64,000 bases of DNA from the human T2T-CHM13v2.0 reference genome, Homo sapiens: the NCBI RefSeq assembly GCF_009914755.1, contig NC_060947.1, one strand, 5' to 3'. Positions 55,431-64,000 of this stretch are shown piece after piece (the first letter of the stretch is position 1; each line of letters starts with the position of its first letter). The notes below the pieces were generated by a model. It did no database searches. It had not been told where the DNA came from and saw nothing but the letters and a program-made list of their open reading frames with translations. The translations under genes and the position numbers were made by a program.

Positions 55431-55810
55431 TGCTGTGCTTTGAATATGTCCTTCAAAGTTCATGTGTTGGATACTCAATTGCTGTTGTAACAATGTTGAG
55501 AGTTAGGACCTTTCAGAACAGATTAGGTCATGAGGGCTCTGCCCTCATGAATGGATTAATGCTGTTATTGTGAGACTGTGTTAGTTATCATGGCAGTGGG
55601 CTCCTGATAAAAGGCTAAGTCCAAACCCCATTTTCTCTTTGTCTCACACACTCTATCACCATGTGACACCTTCAATGTACCCTGCCAGATACTGGTGCCA
55701 TGCTCTTGAGACTTCCCAGCCGCCAGAACAGTGAGCCAAATAAAATTGTCTTCTTTATAAATTGCCTAGCCTGTGCATTCTGTTATAGCAGTAGAAAACA
55801 GACTATGGCA
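55431..55810 (+). mobile_element. MSTC/D-type MaLR LTR
   Basis: tttgaatatgtccttcaaagttcatgtgttgga; gagggctctgccctcatgaatggattaat; end gttatagcagtagaaaacagactatggca. Confidence 0.75.
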
Positions 55811-57431
55811 GGTAGGTAGACATATTACCCAAAGAGAAACACATCTGAAAAATATACACCAATCTTTTTACATTGAATATGTATGCATCACAGTGATGGG
55901 ATCATATAGATGGAAGATGTAGAATGATTTCATCTTCTAAATATACATTTATAATGTTTAGTATTTTTTAATTAGGAAAATTTCTTGAGAGAAACACTTG
56001 AAAATATGTAACAGCAAATTAACAAGAAAACACATAAATATTTTTATTTTAAGAAGCGTTCATGCTATGCTGTTTTTTTTTAAAAGAAAGATTATAATAA
56101 CTCTTGACTTGAGAGTTACCCCTATCTGTGTAGGTGTGTGATTTGTATATTACAGTTCCATCATTTAGAATGTTCAAACTCTCAATGTGCAGACTTATCT
56201 TCTGCTCTCTCAGGGGTTGGATGTCCTCTCTCAGGGCATAGAGACACAATAAGGGATTGCTGTTAAGGGATGGACAATTATAGAAATTTCTGGTTGATGC
56301 ACTGCATATCAGTCCCTTTTATCACTCCCTTCCCCTTGCAAGCTGATCTGTCCTGAGACTTTTGGGGTTATAAGTCTGACTCTGACAAACAAATAGCATC
56401 TTTGTACATTCAATACTTTAAAAGGAAAAGGTGTGATTCTTTTTTTCTACTCCCATTCCAGTGGCCACTAAATTATCTTTCCTATTTCCTTTATACTTTC
56501 CATGTCTGTCTCTAATATGCCCTCTCTGAGATGGACTGCACTTTTTTTTTCTGTCATTCAGTTATTTTCAGATATTTTTGATAACTTTGTCCTTCCTTAA
56601 GAATATGTGATGCGCAAGAGTTTATTAAAACTATGTGTGGTGAAATCATGCCCATCCAGTAGAGCTCAGTTCTAATGCTGGCAATTTCATGTAGCATCTG
56701 AATGAACCCTGACAAGCTTCTACAACTCATTAAGTCTCAGCAACCTAAGACAGGCCAAGAAGCTGGTAATTCTGCCTACCAGAATCCCGTTATGAGGAAC
56801 ACATGGAGGAAGAAAATGTAATGTAATGCAGCAAGCACAGAGCATGGCATGCAGCAGGCCCTCAGAGTTCCCCCATGTCCGTAGCTACGAGTACCTGGGT
56901 TCCGGGTCTCCCGACTATAGTTAGCTTGCTCTGCAGGGGTGACTCAATTGGAAACAGCTCCCTGGGTGTTGGTGGCAAACTCAGGGGGCACTAAGAACAG
57001 GAAGTAGAGTCTCTTCTGGCTCCCAGGGCTCTCCTCACTATGCCCTTCGGGAAAGGACTTATTTTGAAAACTCCACCTTGCTCACGTGAGCCTGACAAAA
57101 TGGTCTGAGGCCTACTCTTGCCTCGTTTGACAGATCCCCTCAATTTTCTCTGAACCCCAGCTCCAGATCTCACAGATTCTCCTCACAAACACCATGTGAA
57201 GACAGTGGTGACAGGTCACTACCCACATGCCACACCATGGGTGAATTGGTCAGTGCCAATCCTTGGCCTCAGGATCTCACAGGGCATGAAGGGTTCTGGG
57301 CCCCCTCTCCCACTCCAACCCCCAGGACACCCAGCAGACTCACTTTCAGTTAGAGCTGGTAGGTGGCAAGGGCCCAGGCTGAGTGTTTTCCATTGTCCTG
57401 AGGATGAGGGCAAAGTGAACCCTGAGATACC

Positions 57432-59495
57432 TGTCTTAGTCCATTTTGTGCTGTTATAAGAGAACACTCAACACTGGGTGTGTTAGTCTGTTCTCACACT
57501 GCTGTAAAAATACTGCCTGAGACTCGGTAATTTATAAACAGAAAAGGTTCAATTGACTCACAGTTCCACATGGCTGGGGAGGGCTCAGGAAACTTACAAT
57601 CATGGGAGAAGGCGAAGGGGAAGCAAGGCTTGTCTTTCATGATGGCAGGCGAGAGAGAGAGCGAGGAAGCGCCACACTTTAAAACCATCAGCTCTCGCGG
57701 GAACTCCATCACTATCGTGAGAACAGCACGGGGAAAACCGCCCCCATGATCCAGTCACCTCCCACCAGGTCCCTCCCTCCACACGTGAGGATTACAATTC
57801 AACATGAGACTTGGGTGGGGACACAGAGCCAAACTGTATCACTGGGTGGTTTATAAAGAACAGCAATTTGTATCTTACAGTTCTGGAGGCTGGGAAGTGC
57901 AAGGTGGGGGGGCTTGCATCTGATGAGAGCCTTCTTGCTGTGTCATCCAATGGCAGAAGGTGGGAGGGCTAGAGTGCACAAGAGAGAGAAAGCAAGAGAT
58001 CAAACTCATAGACTCAAGCCCTTTTATAATTGGTATTAATCCATTCCTCAAGGTGCAACCCTCATATGACCTAAACACCTCCCATTAGGAGGGAGGGTTG
58101 CACTGGGGATTAAGTTTCCAACACATGCTTTTTTGGGGACACATTCAAACCAACCATTGCATCCTGCCCCTGGCCCCCCAAATTTATGTCCTTCTCACAT
58201 GCAAAATACATTAATTCCATCCCAGTAGCCCCAAAGTCTTAACTCACTCCAGCACCCAAAGTCCAGAGTCTCATCTAAATTAGAGATGGGTGAGACTCAA
58301 GGCAGGATCCAGACTGAGGAAAATTTCCTCTAGCTCTGAGTCTGTGAAATCAAAACAAGTTGTCTATTCCCAAAATACAGTGGCGGGACAGGCGTAGGAT
58401 AGACATTCTCATTCCAAGAGGGAGAGACAGGCAACAGAAAAGGCATAACTGATCCTAAGAAAGTCCAAAACCCATCAGAGCAAACAACATTAAATTTTGA
58501 GGCTTGAGAATAATGTTCAAGTTCTGCCTTCTGAGGCAGGGATTGGGCCCCCAGATTCTCAGGCAGCCATGCCTCTATGGCTTTGCTAGGCTCAGTCCAC
58601 CCAGCAGCTCTCACAGGTTGGAGTCTTGTTCCTCCAGCTCTCCCAGGGTATCATTAAATGCCAGTAGCTCTGAAATTCTGGAATCTTAGTAGCAGTCCAG
58701 CTCCCACACCTCTACTAGACATTACCCGAATTGGGACTCTCTGCAACTGACTTGTTCCCACAGCCCCATCAGGTACTGGCCTGATGGGGACTCTCTCTGG
58801 CAGCTCTGCCCCTGTGGCAGGTCTCTACATGGGTCCTCAGGCTGTCTGCAACATTCTGCGAAATCTAGGTGGAGGCCGTCACAGACCCATAGCTCGTGAA
58901 TGCTGTGCACCTGCAGAATCAGCACCATTTGGATGCCGCCAAGGTCCACCGCTTGAGCCTTCCAGACCGGCAGCCTGTTCAGCACCCGGCCCCCCTTGAA
59001 CTATGGCTGGGACAGCCGAGGAGTGCTGCACGAAGGTGCGGGCAGCAGACACTTAAAAGCATCACGGGGCAGCAGATGTTGAGGTCCCGTGGGCGTCTCT
59101 CTGGAAACTTTGCCTTCGCATTGTGCACTGGGCATGTGACTGGAGGAGCAGCCTGGAAAACTCTGAAATGCCGTCAGGGCCTTTCTCCAGTGGTCTTTGT
59201 CTTACTGAATAGCACCTGTTTCCCTTCTAGCCATGGTAATCTCATTAGCAAAGTGGTCACTTGGCCATGTCTGTAGTTTGCACTCCTAAACACGCTTTTT
59301 CATTCTTTACATGGCTAGGGTGAAATTTTTCAACATATTTACCTTCTTCCTATCTTTTAATTGACAAATTCCATCTTTAAAGCATTTCTCTCTTCTCTCA
59401 TTTTTGTCTAAGTGGCCGAACAAAGTCACGCAGTACCTTGAATGTTTTGCTGTTTAGTTATTTTTACTGCCAGATATCCTAGTTCATTACCCTGA
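57432..59495 (-). mobile_element. MSTC/D-type LTR (to about 58150) with adjacent MST internal sequence; interrupted by a nested MST LTR
   Basis: tgtcttagtccattttgtgctgttataa start; ggggacacattcaaacc; then MaLR-internal motifs such as catgcaaaataca...cccaaagtcttaactc. Confidence 0.75.
57479..57841 (-). mobile_element. MSTA/B-type LTR nested in the older MST LTR
   Basis: tgtgttagtctgttctcacactgct ... gggacacagagccaaactgtatca; 5-bp TSD ctggg at 57474-57478 and 57842-57846. Confidence 0.88.
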
Positions 59496-59499
59496 AGTT

Positions 59500-62080
59500 C
59501 TTTTAATTTTTTTCATTTTTCCATTTTTGTGGGTACATAGTAGGTGTATATATTTATGGGGTATATGAGATATGTTGGAACAGGCATGCGGTGTGTACTA
59601 ATCACATCACATCCCCTCAAGCATTTGTCATGTGTGTTACAAACAATCTGTATCCTCTTAGGTACTTTAAAATGTACAATTCAACTATTACTGACTTTAG
59701 GCAACATGCTGTGATATCCCACCTTATTCATTCTTTCTGTATTTTTTTGCATCCATTAACCATCCCCACCTACCCCCTGCCTCCACACTACCCTTCCCAG
59801 CCTCTGGTAACCATCCTTCTACTCTCTATGTCCACGAGATCAATCGTTTTGATTCTCAGGTCCTACAAATCAGTGAGAACATGCGATGTTTGTCTATCTG
59901 TGCCTGGCTTATTTCACTCAACATAAAGATCTCCAATTCTATCCACGTTGTTGCAGATGACTGGATCTCATTCTTTTTACGACTGAATAGTACTCCATTG
60001 GGTATATGTAGCACATTTTCTTTATCCACTCATCTGTTGATGGACACTTAGGTTGCTTCCACATGTTGCTATTGTAAACAGTGCTGCAACAAACAGGAGT
60101 GCAGATATCTCTTCCATATGCTGATTTCCTTTCTTTTGGGTATATACTTGGCAGTTGGATTGGTGGATCATGTGGTAGCTCAAATTTTAGTTTTCTGAGG
60201 AACCTGCAGAGTGTTCTCCATAATCGTTGTACTAATTTCATTCCCACCAACAGTGTACGAGGGTTCCCTTTTCTCCACACCCTCATCAGCATTTGTTATT
60301 GCCTGTCTTTTGGATATAAGCCATTTTAACTGGGGTGAGAAGATATCTCATTGTGGCTCTAAAGATCAGTGATATTGAGCACCTCTTCATCTGCCTGTTT
60401 GCCATTTGTACGTCTTCTTTTGAGAAATGTGTATTCAAATCTTTTGCCCATTCTCTAACCGGATTATTAGATTTTCTCCAATAGAGTTGTTTGAGCTCCT
60501 TGTATATTTTACTGGTTATTAATCCCTTCTCAGATGGGTAGCTTGCAAATATTTTTTCCCATTTTGTGGGTTGTGTCTTCACTTTAGTGGTTGTTTCCTT
60601 TGCTGTGCAGAAGCTTTTTAACTAGTCATGCATGATCCCATTTGTCCATTTTTGCTTTGGATGCCAGTGCTTCTCGGGTATTACTCGAGAAATTTTTGCC
60701 CAGAACAGTATCCTGGAGCGTTTCCCCGGTGTTTTCTTGTAGAAGTTTCATAGGCTGACATCTCAGATTTACGTCTTTAATCCATTCTGATTTGATTTTT
60801 ATATAAGATGAGAGATAAGGGTCAAGTTTCATTCTTCTCCATAGGGATACCCAGTTTTCCCAGCACCAGCGCCATTTATTGAAGAGACTGTCCTTTTTCC
60901 AGTGTATGTTCTTGGCACCTTTGTCAAAAATGAGTTCACTGTAGGTGTGTGGATTTGTTCCTGGGTTGCCTATTCTGTCCCATTGGTCTATGGGTCTGTT
61001 TTAATGTCAGTACCTTGCTGATTTGGTTACTATAGCTCTGTAGTATAATTTGAAGTCAGGTAATGTGATTCCTCCAGTGTTGTTCGTTTTTGCTCAGGAT
61101 AGCTTTGGCTATTCTGGGCCTTTTGTGGTACTATATGCATTTTAGGATTGCTTTTCCTATTTCTGTAAAGAATGTCACTGGTGTTTTTGTAGGGATTGCA
61201 TCAAATCTGTGGATTGCTTTGGGTATGATGGACATTTAAACAATATTGATTCTTCCAACGCATGAACATGGAATAACTTTCCATTATTGTGTCCTCTTCG
61301 ATTTATTTCATGAATGTCTTCCAGTTTTCATTGTGGAGATCTTTCACTTCTTTGGTTAATTCCGAGGTATTTAATTTTATTTGTGTCTACTGTAAGTGAG
61401 ATTAATTTTGATTTCTTTTTCAGGGTGTTCACTATTGGCATATATAAATGCTAGTGATTTTTGTAGGTTGATTTTGTATCCTGCAACTTTACTAAATTGG
61501 TTGATCAGTTCTAATAGTTTTCTGGTGGAGTCTTAAGGTTTTTCTAAATATAAGATCGTATCATCAGCAAACAAAGGTAATTTGGCTTCTTCCTTTCCAG
61601 TGTGGATGCTCTTTACTTCTTTCTCTTACCTGATTGCTTGAGCAAAGACTTCCCGTACTATGTTGAATAACAGTGGTGAATGTGGGCATCCTTGTCATGT
61701 TCCAGATCTTAGAGGAAAGGCTTTCACTTTTTCCCCATTCAGTATGATACTAGCTGTCAGTCTGTTGTATATGACTTTTATTATGTTGAGGTATGTTCCT
61801 TCCATACCCAGTTTGTTGAGGAATTTTATCAGGAAGGAATGTTGGATTTTTATCAAATGCTTTTTCAGCATCAGTTGAAATAATCATATGGTTTTTATCT
61901 TTCATTCTGTTGATGTGATGTGTCACATTGATTGAGTTGCATATGTTGAACCATCCTCGCATCCCAGGGATAAATCCCACTTGGTCATGATGAACGATCT
62001 TTCTGATGTATTGTTGAGTTGGGTTTGCTAGTATTTAGTGGAGGATTTTTGCATCGATATTCATCAGAGATATTGGCCTG
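59500..62080 (-). mobile_element. 5'-truncated L1MA/L1PB-type element
   Basis: 3' end tttttgtgggtacatagtaggtgtatatatttatgggg; ORF2 peptides at 61980-61750, 60832-60626, 60582-60286 and 60292-59939. Confidence 0.88.
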
Positions 62081-64000
62081 TATTAAGAAGTCACTGTAAG
62101 AAGATGCCTGAGAGTGGATACTTGGTCAGTGTAATGATTTTAATATGCGCCTTTTCTATTCTTCAGAAAATAGTCTCCTTTCTTATTTACTTTAGAATGT
62201 CATGACCCCCAACCTATGGAATTAATTAAACAAGAAACATTTCCAATACACTATTTCACATTCAGAAGGTTTCACAGTCTTTCAGTGTCAAACCTTGTGA
62301 GCAAAGCCAGGGCAACAGGCTCTAAGCTGACAAAAAAGTTTACCAGTATCTTCCATAGAGATGGCCTTTTCATTCATATAGATTCCATCGGCAAGTCAGG
62401 CCAGACCTTTCAGACTCTGACTTGTAAAAAAGTCTTGTGTAAGGAAAACTTACCAGTTTGCAACTAGTGTTTGGTCACTGCTGAGAGAAACAAATATTAA
62501 AAAATAAATAAATATGTCTCAGAGAGTTAAATAGGCATACTTGGAAACACGAAAGCTTGGAAAATGAATTTAATATGGCAGATTTTATTGAGAATGCATC
62601 ATGAGTCATAGGAGTTCAGAAATCAGGAAGTTCAGGAAGAAGAAAAAGATCACAAAGGCAAGTTTATGATTACACCTACTAATCGAGGAACTGCTTGCTC
62701 TGCAACCAGTAGATGATCACGAGATGGTCAGATCTTGGTAGGCCCACAAGAGATGTCAAAATAAAATTCTCAAAAATAAACATCCTAGAGACCTCCAGTT
62801 CTGGCCAAGCTGGAGTTTGCCCTTTCCTCCCAGATGGTCCCTCTACATCAGAACACCCTGAATATAACAGCAAACCAGCAAAGAAAGCTCTGAAACGTGG
62901 AAAGGGGAAAGCAGACCGACTCGTGCTCTCAGGACTCGAGCAAGAACACAGGCAGCGCATTCCCTTGGTTTTTCTATTTCCACCCAATATCCCAGACAGG
63001 GCACCGCAGAAGCCCCCAGTCCAGAACCACCAACAATGGCAGACACAAAGCTCCAAGAAAAGCCTATTTCCTCTGCCAAAAGACCATAAAAAACGTGATC
63101 TAAAAACTGAAAAACCTTTGTGACAAATTCCCCTCCCCTACACTAGACAAACAACAATGGAAAAACCTTATCTCCCCCACCCCCCAAGGTTTCAGGGAAC
63201 AAGAAGGAAACTTGTCTTCTATCCTGCCTCTGTGAGGCAGATGGTGATGATCCAATTCACCTGTCAGGGTAGTGTCAGTGGTGTCCAGCAGCAAGATGAG
63301 CCTTCACCTTCACCTGACATCAATAACACTGAACAAGGCAGTCCAAGTTGGGACTAGTAAGCATTCCATTTATCCCCATCTCTGGTGTCAGTGATGCCCA
63401 GTGGAAAGTTGAACCTTTACACTCATCCAAACTCAATGAAGTGGTGTGAGGCGGGGCTAATCGACACTCTGCTTTCCCGCTCAGGCATTCTGTGCAAGCT
63501 AGGCCCTATGGAGAGCTGTGCCTCCTCATCCACCCATCATCAAGATGGAATCAGGTGGTGGGAGGCAGGGTTTGTTGGCAGTCTCCTTTCCCCCTCCTTC
63601 CCCTGATGTTCTCAGAGACCAGTGGGGACCTAGGCTTCTGCCCCACCACACTGCAGCAACAAAACTTTGAGTCAGCCATCCAGTTCCCCTTTCCCTAAAG
63701 CCTAGCAAAGAACTGTGCCTATACTCCCCGACCCCACCTCTGAGGTAACAAAGTGTGGTGAATTGGTGCCCCCTTTTTTATTGGAAATGTTCTCAGGGGG
63801 GCTAGGGTAGAAGTTCAGCTCCCACCCCCAGCCATCTGTGAAGAGGCAAGGTGAACCAGCAATCTAGTTTGCTAGGATGGTATCAGAACAGGAATCTGCA
63901 CTTATCACCTTATGATATGATGGGACCACCATCATATATGTGGTCTATCATTGAACAAAAAGTCATTATGTGGTGCATGACTGAATATGGACTATCTTAA

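Noticed and set aside
58330-59276. Cluster of overlapping 61-126 aa ORFs
   Set aside because: They lie within MaLR (MST) internal sequence and are GC-rich chance ORFs.

Overview
Primate, most likely human, genomic DNA with Alu, L1PA and MaLR repeats. It contains a complete + strand T-complex protein 11 family gene: one probable non-coding first exon near 33920 and 9 coding exons from 34419 to 45183 that splice with GT-AG junctions into an open 502-codon frame. It also contains the 3' half of a degraded tandem paralog (369-3744), which has two destroyed splice acceptors and a deleted stop codon. From recalled knowledge, this layout fits TCP11X3P followed by TCP11X1 at Xq22.1, upstream of NXF2; the near-identical TCP11X2 cannot be excluded from the protein alone. 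The rest is mostly retroelements, with nearly all L1s on the minus strand. These include a nested and apparently chimeric L1 block (4990-15785) and a full-length L1PA (49060-55210). I found no convincing new biological system. The best leads are a possible gene-conversion tract between the paralogs, L1 chimeras with mismatched target-site duplications (TSDs), a templated-insertion patchwork, an extended 189-codon L1 ORF0 frame, terminal-exon splice donors that could allow read-through, and a possible decayed gene near 62.6-63.4 kb. Repeat subfamily names are from visual recognition and their boundaries are approximate.
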